Source: a virus. From it: a DNA stretch of 64,000 bases. Positions 19,371-27,980 of this stretch are shown piece by piece; within the stretch, counting starts at the first letter, position 1, and every line of letters starts with the position of its first letter. The translations under genes were made by a program, and so were the position numbers. The DNA lies in IMG/VR virus record IMGVR_UViG_3300042013_000045, positions 32,001 to 96,000 of that record; one strand, written 5' to 3'. Under the pieces are notes generated by a model. That model saw only the letters and a program-made list of their open reading frames with translations, made no database searches and was not told the DNA's origin.

Positions 19371-20404
19371 TGGTACAACACCGGCAACGGTTGGAGATCA
19401 CCCTCGATATCTTCCGGGGGTGTAAGCACGCTTGTTCGGGGTGCATGATCGACAAGGCTATCGGCGGGGATGTGACTGACATTCCTGAACTGTTGGACTT
19501 GATCAAGGAGATGACGGCTGCGGGTTACGTGGCATTCGACTTAGGTGTGGGTCCGACGGACTACATGTCTTCAGACAACACCGCGGAAGTCATGACCAAC
19601 CCGGTCTTCAACGAGATGGCTCAACTGTTTCACCAGATAACGTTTAACGCAGCCTTTCTTGAGAAGGACTTGGAACAGTACGCTAGCATGTGTGCTGACA
19701 TCGATGAGGCAGCACCGGGTAAGGCCATTCGTTTCCTTATTCCTGCTGCCCCGACGTTCTTCAAGTCTGACAAGTTCGGCAACATGATCAAGATGAAGCT
19801 TGAGTTTATCAAGAACGCTATGAAGTCAGCGTACTTGAACGAAGCTGGCTTTGTGGTGAACTGCACTACGGAGACGGTTGGTGAGGATTTCGATGTCCGC
19901 ATGATGGATGGCTTTGAAGTAGAGTTCCCGGTGGACAAGGATGACATCCTAAACATCCCTTACGGGCGCTCTCCGAACAAAGACCTGATGCTGGCACAGA
20001 ACATCAAGCGGATCAGTCACCGCATCAGTGAGTTCTATGCCAAGTTGAACGGTATCGATGAACGTCGACGCAACCCCGACCTCCATTACGACACGGGGAC
20101 GATGGTCAACCTGCTGTACACCGGCGGTAAGTTGTATTGGGTGCCGTTCCTTAAGGATGACTGTCCGTTCATTGACGACGACTTTACGATCCCACGCCCC
20201 TGGACTATGGATAACCTGCTGGCAGTCCGTAGCAAGGCTCTGGAGAGTTCTCTGGAGTACTTGGAGGACACGCCGTGCATGAACTGCGTCTATGTCAGTA
20301 GTTGTGCTGAGAAAGGCATCACCAGCATCATGAAGAAGATGGCGATCAAAGATTGCCTAGTGGGGTTACAACATGCTTTCCCAACAGATCTCGATGTCGT
20401 TTAA
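19367..20404 (+). CDS. Divergent radical SAM-like protein
   Basis: GCKHACSGC, GPTD in place of GGEP, C-terminal CMNCVYVSSC..C; ATGA overlap. Confidence 0.7.
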   Translation: MMVQHRQRLEITLDIFRGCKHACSGCMIDKAIGGDVTDIPELLDLIKEMTAAGYVAFDLGVGPTDYMSSDNTAEVMTNPVFNEMAQLFHQITFNAAFLEKDLEQYASMCADIDEAAPGKAIRFLIPAAPTFFKSDKFGNMIKMKLEFIKNAMKSAYLNEAGFVVNCTTETVGEDFDVRMMDGFEVEFPVDKDDILNIPYGRSPNKDLMLAQNIKRISHRISEFYAKLNGIDERRRNPDLHYDTGTMVNLLYTGGKLYWVPFLKDDCPFIDDDFTIPRPWTMDNLLAVRSKALESSLEYLEDTPCMNCVYVSSCAEKGITSIMKKMAIKDCLVGLQHAFPTDLDVV

Positions 20405-21407
20405 CATCTCGCTCGAGGTATTGACGGGGTGTCGTTACAGTTGTGCGGGGTGTACGGTTGAGAAGAACTTTGCACCCTTGGATGTGTCCGAGAAAGACAC
20501 CGACGATCTAGTAGTTATGCTCGATGATCTGATTGCTGATGGGTATCGGTTGTTGGAGTTCCGAGTGGGGCCGACGGATATCATCTCTGCGGATAATGGG
20601 TTCCCTGCATTGAAGCATCGTTTGACGCGTGAGTTCGGCAAGCGCTACAAGGCGTTGAACTTGAACATGGCGATGCTTCACGATGAAGGCTTAGTAGAGC
20701 TGGCAGAGATCTTGGACGAAGTCATTCCTGGAAAGCTGCTCAGCGTTACTCTACCCATCACATTAAAAAATACACACAACGACAAGTACATTGGTGAATT
20801 GAAAAAAAGAGTGCTGTATTTTAAGGGACTGTTGAAGACTGTAAACTTCAACAGGATCTATCTCACTTTGAATGTGGGGGAAGAAAACCTAAAGCACTTG
20901 AGCACTGAGAGTTATGATCATGCCCATGAACTTGACTTAGGTGTCGATCTTGTAGTGGAGTTCCCGTTCGCTCATTCAAGGAAGGGGTTCGGTAACCTGC
21001 TGGTCGTGGATGAGTTCAAGGCTGATCTGGTAGAGTTCGTGGACTTCATGAAGACACGGGTTAACACAAGGGGCTTTCGTCCATTGCAACCTGCAATCTT
21101 AGAAGGTTTCGAATTCACCTATCGGGGAGGGCTTCTGTACTCTGTCCCCGTGGTCGTGGAGAGCCTTCCGATGTTCCATCCGATGTTTGTGGTGGATCGT
21201 CCGTGGACCGCCCAGAGCATCTACGCCTACAAGGAGCAACATTACTACAACAACCTCGAGACGTTCCTAGAACACCCCGAGTGTGGTGACTGCATGTTCC
21301 TAGACCATTGCGCACGTGGGGACGTCCATCGGATCATGAACTTGATCGGGACTGACAAGTGCCTGACTGATTCCAAGAATAGATGGGAATACTTCCACCC
21401 GGAGTAA
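20373..21407 (+). CDS. Divergent radical SAM-like protein, paralogue of 19367..20404
   Basis: GCRYSCAGC, GPTD, C-terminal CGDCMFLDHC..C. Confidence 0.7.
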   Translation: MLSQQISMSFNISLEVLTGCRYSCAGCTVEKNFAPLDVSEKDTDDLVVMLDDLIADGYRLLEFRVGPTDIISADNGFPALKHRLTREFGKRYKALNLNMAMLHDEGLVELAEILDEVIPGKLLSVTLPITLKNTHNDKYIGELKKRVLYFKGLLKTVNFNRIYLTLNVGEENLKHLSTESYDHAHELDLGVDLVVEFPFAHSRKGFGNLLVVDEFKADLVEFVDFMKTRVNTRGFRPLQPAILEGFEFTYRGGLLYSVPVVVESLPMFHPMFVVDRPWTAQSIYAYKEQHYYNNLETFLEHPECGDCMFLDHCARGDVHRIMNLIGTDKCLTDSKNRWEYFHPE

Positions 21408-21410
21408 ACT

Positions 21411-21848
21411 ATGCTCAATCCTGATGACATCATGATCACTGACGGCGTCGAGATTCCGCACTGGTTGTTAGATGAAGCAATGTGCTTGGAGAACCGTAAG
21501 TTCATTGAGGTCGAGAACATCGTCGACTTCACATGGAACTACCTCCGTGCTTACGCTCTCAAGCACCCTCTCGTGAATAAGCCGATCCGTCCGTGTGCCA
21601 GTCACATCAACATTGGCCATCATGGGGTGACACCTCACAACCACGAACCCCATGCGTTCACCTCCGTCCTGTACTTATTGGATGCTGAGGGTGAGCTGCG
21701 GTTCTGGGATAACGTTGATCTGTCCATCACACCCAAAGAGGGACGGTTCGTTATGTTCCCTGGTCACATCACCCATTACGTCGAAGCATCCAAGCAAGCC
21801 GAACTTCGCATCTCGCTGGTAACCAACTATGAATACTACCCGACATGA
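21411..21848 (+). CDS. Fe(II)/2OG oxygenase-like protein (HxH...H type)
   Basis: PHNH..FTSVLYL, PKEGRFVMFPGHITHYV, RISL. Confidence 0.75.
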   Translation: MLNPDDIMITDGVEIPHWLLDEAMCLENRKFIEVENIVDFTWNYLRAYALKHPLVNKPIRPCASHINIGHHGVTPHNHEPHAFTSVLYLLDAEGELRFWDNVDLSITPKEGRFVMFPGHITHYVEASKQAELRISLVTNYEYYPT

Positions 21849-22275
21849 GTACAAGGATTACCAGGAGCTGTACCAACTCCTGGTGACCGACCATCCTGAT
21901 GCGTTTGCCAACATGGAGATCGTTGAAGAAGAAGAACTCGTGCACAACGCACTGAAGTACTTCGACCATGCGACCTTCCCTTTGATTTACCCGGCCAAGA
22001 GTTATGCCGTGGCGATCATCTACGCTTACAAGATCAAAGAGGTCTACGGTGTTCCTGTTCTTACTACCCTGGATGACCCGGATCTGTTCCTTGGTCAAGA
22101 CCCTTACTTCGTACCGTACTCAGCGGACAAGGCGACGTATACGGACATTATCGCTCATCTCCAGGATCGACCAAACTTCCTCAATGAAGGATGGGCACCC
22201 CAAACCGTGAAGTACTTCTACGCCGAGTGTACGGCTGAAGGGATTGAAAAGTTGCAAGAGGAGTTCTGCAAATGA
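21829..22275 (+). CDS. Hypothetical protein of the radical SAM cluster
   Basis: 148-aa Tyr-rich acidic ORF overlapping both neighbours. Confidence 0.7.
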   Translation: MNTTRHEYKDYQELYQLLVTDHPDAFANMEIVEEEELVHNALKYFDHATFPLIYPAKSYAVAIIYAYKIKEVYGVPVLTTLDDPDLFLGQDPYFVPYSADKATYTDIIAHLQDRPNFLNEGWAPQTVKYFYAECTAEGIEKLQEEFCK

Positions 22276-22838
22276 ACATCATCCAGCCATGGAAGATCGA
22301 GATCGGTCATGTCAACGTCAATGGCACCCCTTGGGACATGACTGAATTCGCCACAGAAGTGTTCAACCTGAACCTGATGACCGGTGGGCAACAAGAGACC
22401 CAGGTCAGCTTGGGTTCTGGCCTCTGTCCCATCATTCTGGAGATGCGTGACACTCTCATTACGCCGCTGGTCAAAGAGTTCGCACGGAATCAGCTTGGGT
22501 ACATCCTGCGAGACGGTGAGTTCGAAGTCGAGACCAACGCCAAGTGGATTCCCAAAGGCGAAGGTCTCTATCCTCACCAGCACTCCAGTTCGATCCTGTC
22601 GGTCATTGTCTACCCACAGGACTCCAAGTCTGGGTTGAACTTCTTTGACCCTCGCACGAATGCTGGTCGTGGGTTTCCTCGTGAGATCCGTGATGAACAC
22701 TTTGCCCGTTATGCCATCTCGCCTAAAGCCGGCGATGTGTTCATCTTCCCCAGTTACCTTCAGCACAGCGTTTCGTATGTAGAAGAAGACATCCGTCTCT
22801 CGCTGTTGCATGAATACTATCCACATTCCACTCGCTGA
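22272..22838 (+). CDS. Fe(II)/2OG oxygenase-like protein (TIGR02466-like)
   Basis: PHQH..LSVIVYP, FFDPR, PKAGDVFIFPSYLQHSV, RLS. Confidence 0.8.
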   Translation: MNIIQPWKIEIGHVNVNGTPWDMTEFATEVFNLNLMTGGQQETQVSLGSGLCPIILEMRDTLITPLVKEFARNQLGYILRDGEFEVETNAKWIPKGEGLYPHQHSSSILSVIVYPQDSKSGLNFFDPRTNAGRGFPREIRDEHFARYAISPKAGDVFIFPSYLQHSVSYVEEDIRLSLLHEYYPHSTR

Positions 22839-22846
22839 GAGCTCTC

Positions 22847-23395
22847 ATGGAAATCATACAACCTTGGCAAGTCAAGATTGCCCGTGTCAACATCGCTGAG
22901 TTTGTAGACCTCGAAGGTCTGGCTGGCGAGATCCATCAACTGCACTGCCTGTCCCCTCGGGAGTCTGCGACGCCGTACCCAGTCACACCCGCTGAGTTCC
23001 CGCTGATCTGCGCGGCACGTGACGGTATCATCACTGACAAGGTCAGCGAATACATCGAAGAAGCCTTCGGTGTAAGTCCTCTGGGGATGGTGATCGACAC
23101 CTTTGGCAAGTGGTTCGGTAAAGGGGAAGAGCTGGGTTCTCACCTGCACGGCAACTCCAATGTGACCAGTGTGTTCTATCCGTACGAATACAGCACGGGC
23201 ATGATGCTGATGGACCCTCGCTTCAACGCACAGCGCGGTTACTCGCGTCGTGTCCGTGATACCCACTTCGGGGATTACAATGCACGGCCTAAAGCTGGCG
23301 ATCTCTGGATCGTACCGAGCTACGTGCAGCACAGCATCCCTACGGTGAAGGACGATCTGCGTATCTCCCTCATCAACGACTTCCACTTCATTTAA
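22847..23395 (+). CDS. Fe(II)/2OG oxygenase-like protein, tandem paralogue
   Basis: SHLH..TSVFYP, LMDPR, PKAGDLWIVPSYVQHSI, RIS; N-terminus IIQPW shared with the previous gene. Confidence 0.8.
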   Translation: MEIIQPWQVKIARVNIAEFVDLEGLAGEIHQLHCLSPRESATPYPVTPAEFPLICAARDGIITDKVSEYIEEAFGVSPLGMVIDTFGKWFGKGEELGSHLHGNSNVTSVFYPYEYSTGMMLMDPRFNAQRGYSRRVRDTHFGDYNARPKAGDLWIVPSYVQHSIPTVKDDLRISLINDFHFI

Positions 23396-23404
23396 GGAAC
23401 GACC

Positions 23405-24052
23405 ATGTCTGAAGCAGATGAGCTTTACACTGGCGTTGACCGTGGCGAGTTCCTGATCTCCCGTCTTGCCACCGCTGACGGTGTGTTCACGGAAGTCAAT
23501 GCCCGCATCAAGAAGGTCTCGGTCTTCAACTACGGCAGTCAGTATGCGTACGCGCTACTCGGCTACCAGATCGAGTACTGGCTCAAGGATGAGAAGGCTC
23601 CGTACGACGGTGGCACTCCACGACTGTACCGTCCAGCAGGCCGTCCTGATTACACCACGTTGTACATGCGCATCAAGGTCAGCTCGACTGTCAAGATGCT
23701 GTACCTCGAAGACGCGATCATCAACGACTTCATCACCTCGAAGGCTCAGTTGAACTCGTTGTTCCTCGAGAGTTACGACGAAGCGGCTGCACAGCAAATC
23801 ACCAGCATGGGTATCTATCGCCGGGTGAAGGCTACTGACGTGGAATACAAGAACTGTTTCCACACCACACGCTATGAGTCTTCCACAACGGCACCCCTGA
23901 CGCTCACTGAGCAATGGATGTCGTACGTGGGCCGTGTCTATCTGACCGAAGGCGATGAACAGGTGCGTTACATCCGTGACAAGCCGTTCGTGAGCCTCAA
24001 GGACATGATCGACTCTTTGGTTGCTGACTTCACGGCATCCATCCCTACCTAA
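23405..24052 (+). CDS. Hypothetical protein
   Basis: 215-aa ORF with AAGGA RBS. Confidence 0.7.
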   Translation: MSEADELYTGVDRGEFLISRLATADGVFTEVNARIKKVSVFNYGSQYAYALLGYQIEYWLKDEKAPYDGGTPRLYRPAGRPDYTTLYMRIKVSSTVKMLYLEDAIINDFITSKAQLNSLFLESYDEAAAQQITSMGIYRRVKATDVEYKNCFHTTRYESSTTAPLTLTEQWMSYVGRVYLTEGDEQVRYIRDKPFVSLKDMIDSLVADFTASIPT

Positions 24053-24063
24053 AAGGAGGCGGT

Positions 24064-24825
24064 ATGGCCGTCGATTTGAAACAACTGCAAGCCGACCTGA
24101 AGAACGTGGGTCTCTTGCCTGCTGAACCGGATGGCAAGTGGGGTCCAAAGTCCCACGGTGCGTTCCTTAAGGCTCGTGCTCTGGTGGCACGCTCCGATGT
24201 GTCGGTCGCCAAGATGTCCGCTCAACTGGTCAGTCTCTGTAAAGCCCCTGCATGGTCGGCTAAGCAGACTCCTCAGTTCGTCTCCCGCGTCAAAGAGATC
24301 GTAGCAGCTCTTGGGATGCCGTCTACGGGCGTTGATGACCTCATGGCATGCATCGCATGGGAATCGGGTGAGTCCTTCTCTGCGGGCATCGTGAACAAGG
24401 CTGGGTCTGGTGCTACTGGTCTGATTCAGTTCATGCCAGGCACTGCGATCGTCTACTTCAACTCGGCTGCTGAGATTGCCAAGATGTCGGAGATCCAGAA
24501 GAAGGAAGCAGGTCTGAAAGCCTGCCGTACTCTGGCCGCCATGTCCGACGTGCAGCAACTGGACTACGTCCTCAAGTACTTCCAACCGTACAAAGGCAGG
24601 TTGAAGAATCTCGGGGATTTATACATGAGCATTTTATGGCCGCTGGGTATCGGCAAAGACGACAGCTACGTGTTGTGGACTGCCGAAGGTCGTCCGACCA
24701 CGTTCCGTCAGAACTCCGGTCTCGATGTGAACAAGGATGGCGCGATTACTCGTGCTGAGTGTCTGGTCAAGGTCAATGACAAGTTGACCAAAGGTCTGCA
24801 CCCTGACTACCTGCGTGCTGCATAA
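24064..24825 (+). CDS. Endolysin: peptidoglycan-binding-like N-terminus plus lysozyme/transglycosylase-like domain
   Basis: LQ..L...G....DG.WGP.S at the N-terminus; IAWESG catalytic Glu and GATGLIQFMPGTA; AGGAGG RBS. Confidence 0.8.
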   Translation: MAVDLKQLQADLKNVGLLPAEPDGKWGPKSHGAFLKARALVARSDVSVAKMSAQLVSLCKAPAWSAKQTPQFVSRVKEIVAALGMPSTGVDDLMACIAWESGESFSAGIVNKAGSGATGLIQFMPGTAIVYFNSAAEIAKMSEIQKKEAGLKACRTLAAMSDVQQLDYVLKYFQPYKGRLKNLGDLYMSILWPLGIGKDDSYVLWTAEGRPTTFRQNSGLDVNKDGAITRAECLVKVNDKLTKGLHPDYLRAA

Positions 24826-24881
24826 AGAAAAAAGAAAGAAGGCTACACCCACCAGCCATTGCGGCTGGTGGGTGTATGCCG
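24824..24881. terminator. Bidirectional hairpin
   Basis: tacacccaccagcc/ggctggtgggtgta stem; A-rich left flank gives a minus-strand U-tract; TATGCCG right flank. Confidence 0.75.
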
Positions 24882-24891
24882 TCAGGAGGGC

Positions 24892-24984
24892 TTATTTACG
24901 GAAGCGTGACTTGGTGCTGAACGCGATATCCATGGTGATGTACCATGCTACGCCGAGCGCGCCGATGATGATGATGTTACGCAT
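24892..24984 (-). CDS. 30-aa single-TM peptide
   Basis: Hand translation MRNIIIIGALGVAWYITMDIAFSTKSRFRK; AGGAG RBS. Confidence 0.55.
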   Translation of the reverse strand: MRNIIIIGALGVAWYITMDIAFSTKSRFRK

Positions 24985-25001
24985 GGTGAATCTCCTGATG
25001 C

Positions 25002-25229
25002 TTACGAGCAGATGGATAGTTCGGGTTCTTTGAGGAAGTTGCAGACACCGTCTTCACGACGGTAAGACAGTTCCAGGTAGTTGATCTCTTGAAGCAGCAC
25101 TAACATCTCTTGGAACTCCAAGGGACCAGCGCCACTGTCACGGCGAGCATCCTGACGGAGCTTGGCGTAACGGGCTTTCTTGAGGGCGACTTGGCGTTTG
25201 ATTTCTGTTACGTGCGGATCTACAGTCAT
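25002..25229 (-). CDS. Small hypothetical protein
   Basis: AAGGAG RBS before MTVDPH. Confidence 0.6.
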   Translation of the reverse strand: MTVDPHVTEIKRQVALKKARYAKLRQDARRDSGAGPLEFQEMLVLLQEINYLELSYRREDGVCNFLKEPELSICS

Positions 25230-25287
25230 GACTTGCTCCTTTTTATTCTTCATCTTTGTCTGCTAAGTAGTCGAGGTTAGAAGTTGA

Positions 25288-25779
25288 TTAGTGCTTGGTG
25301 AGTGAAGAGTCAAAGAACATGCGATCACCAACGAATGGCATGTTGTTAGCTTCAATCACCATACCCCACACGTCCAGATCTCGGAGATCCTTAACAGTGC
25401 CGTCTGGGGTAACGTAAGTACCCTTCAGGCCGATTGGTGGGACGTAAGGTTGAGCAGAGAGCCTGCCCACTGCCCATGCTGCCTTTACCATGTACGCCAT
25501 CTGTTCGTCAGCCAACGGAAGATCGTCTGGCCATACCGCGTAACGCAGTACCATGGCAGCACCGTAGAAGCGCTTGATGTCATCTTCTTCACGAGGGGCG
25601 AAGTTCATCTCCTTCACCAACATGCCCATCATCAGCTGGGCAGGGGTCAACACCGGCGAGGCGTTGTTAGGGAACAGCTCCAGTGCCACTCTCATGGCAT
25701 CGGTTTGACCACCGCAGAACATGGATTCGTAAGCGGTGCGGATAGCGAGTTGCAGGCGGATCTGGGTAAGGGTCATCAT
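25288..25779 (-). CDS. Hypothetical protein
   Basis: 163-aa ORF with GGAG RBS. Confidence 0.65.
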   Translation of the reverse strand: MMTLTQIRLQLAIRTAYESMFCGGQTDAMRVALELFPNNASPVLTPAQLMMGMLVKEMNFAPREEDDIKRFYGAAMVLRYAVWPDDLPLADEQMAYMVKAAWAVGRLSAQPYVPPIGLKGTYVTPDGTVKDLRDLDVWGMVIEANNMPFVGDRMFFDSSLTKH

Positions 25780-25811
25780 TGGGTTGAACTCCGGGATAGA
25801 TCAAAGGTTAG

Positions 25812-26003
25812 TTATTGTGCAGCGGTGAACTTGATGCCTTGCTTTGCCAGCTCTTCTTCGACGAGGTGCGGACTCTCGAACACAGCAGCATGGACTTCGA
25901 TCAAGGGTTTGCCTTCCTTAAGCAACCTGCTGGCGACATGCAGTTTAATCAACTGCAAAGCCATTGCGTAAGGAATCTCGGGGATGGTTTGGTTCTGTTG
26001 CAT
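25812..26003 (-). CDS. Small hypothetical protein
   Basis: 63 aa, GGAGG RBS. Confidence 0.65.
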   Translation of the reverse strand: MQQNQTIPEIPYAMALQLIKLHVASRLLKEGKPLIEVHAAVFESPHLVEEELAKQGIKFTAAQ

Positions 26004-26021
26004 GTTGCCTCCGATGGCAGG

Positions 26022-26294
26022 TTAGGGGTAAGTCACTTGTTGCAGGAAGTCAGGGGAACCGTCAGTCATACGGTACACACGGGCTTTGAAGCAGGTTTCT
26101 TGTTGCAGCGAATCAGTGAACTGATCGTACATCCAGAGATCGTATTCAGTTGCACTGTTGAAGTAGATGACAGCAGGCTCTATGACCCACTCACCATCCA
26201 AGGCATAGCTGTAGTACATAACTCTGTACAGTGCTTCCTTCGGCCACAAAGCGTTATCCTTGCGGATTGCTTCAAGGCAGTTGTGGTGAGTCAT
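26022..26294 (-). CDS. Small hypothetical protein
   Basis: Start moved to MTHHNC (GGAG RBS), which removes the overlap with the upstream ORF. Confidence 0.55.
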   Translation of the reverse strand: MTHHNCLEAIRKDNALWPKEALYRVMYYSYALDGEWVIEPAVIYFNSATEYDLWMYDQFTDSLQQETCFKARVYRMTDGSPDFLQQVTYP

Positions 26295-26304
26295 GACGGC
26301 TCCG

Positions 26305-26535
26305 TTAACTGCGTCTGGGTAAAGGGTTTTTCGACCGGTACTGTAATTGCTGGTCATGACGCCACAGACGAGCCGCTTCCGGATCAGTAGGGGTGTTATC
26401 CAGCTTTACGCGTTTGTCGCGCAGATCAGTTAGTACAGCAATGAGCGCGGTAAGATCAGCCGCATCCATGCCTTTGTACTTCTCACCGCACACGCAAACA
26501 GCGTCGTGACAGTTAGGACAATAGGTGTAAGACAT
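26305..26535 (-). CDS. Small Cys-cluster (CPNC..CVC) protein
   Basis: 76 aa, GGAGG RBS. Confidence 0.6.
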   Translation of the reverse strand: MSYTYCPNCHDAVCVCGEKYKGMDAADLTALIAVLTDLRDKRVKLDNTPTDPEAARLWRHDQQLQYRSKNPLPRRS

Positions 26536-26550
26536 CTAGCCTCCGTGTAT

Positions 26551-26820
26551 CTAGATTGTAAGCGCTCGTTCGTTAACCAATTCGAGGAATCGCTTAGTGA
26601 CCGTTGGAAGATCACTATAATGTTCCGTCTCGACAGCGGTGTTGTAGTACTCATTGGCCACCCGCCATCCGTGGTTGATCTTAAGATGAGTAACCTCAAG
26701 GTCGTACACCGGTGATTCTCCGATGTGATCCATCTGTACGTTGATCGTACAGATCCCTCGGACAGCGCAAGCGTGTTTGTAATGGTGCAGTGGGATACGC
26801 GGTTCAGGTTCCAGACTCAT
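26551..26820 (-). CDS. 89-aa hypothetical protein, paralogue of 26945..27214
   Basis: AGGAG RBS; LHHYxH..TI.V..GE..Y..Y.D...V...FLE pattern. Confidence 0.65.
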   Translation of the reverse strand: MSLEPEPRIPLHHYKHACAVRGICTINVQMDHIGESPVYDLEVTHLKINHGWRVANEYYNTAVETEHYSDLPTVTKRFLELVNERALTI

Positions 26821-26863
26821 GCTAGTCTCCTGAAGACTAAGGTTATTAGTTGTACTCACCGCA

Positions 26864-26895
26864 GTAATGTATTGCTGAAATAAAGTCGATTCAAA
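26864..26895 (-). promoter_or_regulatory. Candidate early (virion RNAP) promoter
   Basis: Minus strand tttgaatcgactttatttcagcaatacattac; near-copy at 51471..51502. Confidence 0.6.
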
Positions 26896-26944
26896 GAAAG
26901 AAAAAGAAACCATGTCCAGAGCCGAAGCCCCAGACATGTTTACG

Positions 26945-27214
26945 TCACTTGATGTGCATTCCAATCGCTTCAAGGAACTTCTCATTGACCTCCGCCGGGT
27001 CAGTGTAGAAATCGCTGAAGCTATCGGACTCGTAGTGCCCCAGTGTAAGCAAGCCTAACGTTGTAGCTGGGCGTTGTCGCATTGATCCCGTCTGGATCTC
27101 GTAGGTCACTGTTTCACCATCGACGATCTTGAACACGTCGATGGTGTACGTGACACCGTCATCGCCCTGATGTTGGTAATGGTGCAAGACTTTCTTTTCG
27201 TTTGGCTTAGGCAT
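26945..27214 (-). CDS. 89-aa hypothetical protein, paralogue of 26551..26820
   Basis: Same residue pattern and length. Confidence 0.65.
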   Translation of the reverse strand: MPKPNEKKVLHHYQHQGDDGVTYTIDVFKIVDGETVTYEIQTGSMRQRPATTLGLLTLGHYESDSFSDFYTDPAEVNEKFLEAIGMHIK

Positions 27215-27257
27215 GGATGTTCCCCTTGGGTTGATAGCTCAGGTTATACCACATCTA

Positions 27258-27273
27258 CAATGTAGGATTGAAA
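27258..27273 (-). promoter_or_regulatory. Candidate early promoter
   Basis: Minus strand tttcaatcctacattg. Confidence 0.5.
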
Positions 27274-27277
27274 CTTA

Positions 27278-27502
27278 TTACAATAGACCATTCAGGCAGA
27301 GCAGGTGACGGCCCAACGGTGCAATGATGGAGAACGCCAAGCAGGCTCCCATCAACAGGATAGACGCTACCATGTTCATCGACAGGTAGAAGGTCTCTCC
27401 GTGCTTCATCTGTTCTTTCTTGCGTTTCTCCACAACGTAGAACGTGACCACTCCCATGATCAAGAACATCGTTGCGAAGAATAGAGGCAGGGCAGCCTGC
27501 AT
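27278..27502 (-). CDS. Small two-TM membrane protein
   Basis: MQAALPLFFATMFLIMGVV... with two hydrophobic segments. Confidence 0.55.
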   Translation of the reverse strand: MQAALPLFFATMFLIMGVVTFYVVEKRKKEQMKHGETFYLSMNMVASILLMGACLAFSIIAPLGRHLLCLNGLL

Positions 27503-27507
27503 GGAGT

Positions 27508-27756
27508 TTATCGTACAAACCATGGCTGCACCTCCACCCACATGAACACGAGCTGACCCACGGCCATCAGGATCATCGCGTTCTTGACTAAGTGGATGAT
27601 CTCCCACCACACCGAGTCAGCGGTAACACGATAGAGGCCACGACTGTTGCGCAGCTTCTCTTCCCGGTAGGCAGTCATGTAAGTGATCCGCCACACCGAG
27701 GCAAAATAGATAACTAAGAAGAGTACTGCGAAGACTACGATACGATCAAACGACAT
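27508..27756 (-). CDS. Small two-TM membrane protein
   Basis: MSFDRIVVFAVLFLVIYF...; AAGGGG RBS. Confidence 0.55.
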   Translation of the reverse strand: MSFDRIVVFAVLFLVIYFASVWRITYMTAYREEKLRNSRGLYRVTADSVWWEIIHLVKNAMILMAVGQLVFMWVEVQPWFVR

Positions 27757-27980
27757 GTGTTTCCCCTTGTAAGCGCATAAGTGCACCCAGGAGCGACGGT
27801 GACTGTGCACCTGTCGCTTGCCTGGCATGCTCCGGGGCTATGTTTAGACGTCATCCCCTACATTATGGTCAGGGTTGGTTTTTATTTACCATTTCCCATC
27901 TATTACGTTAGCGAGGATTATCAACGACACCATCATAGCGCACAGTTGCAGCCAGACTACTGGGACGATTAAATGTTTCA

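Noticed and set aside
12172-24052. Cluster as a DNA hypermodification or queuosine-type pathway
   Set aside because: No QueC/QueD/FolE/DpdA, kinase or glycosyltransferase motifs seen; SPASM-like tails and a candidate peptide substrate point to protein chemistry (not formally excluded)
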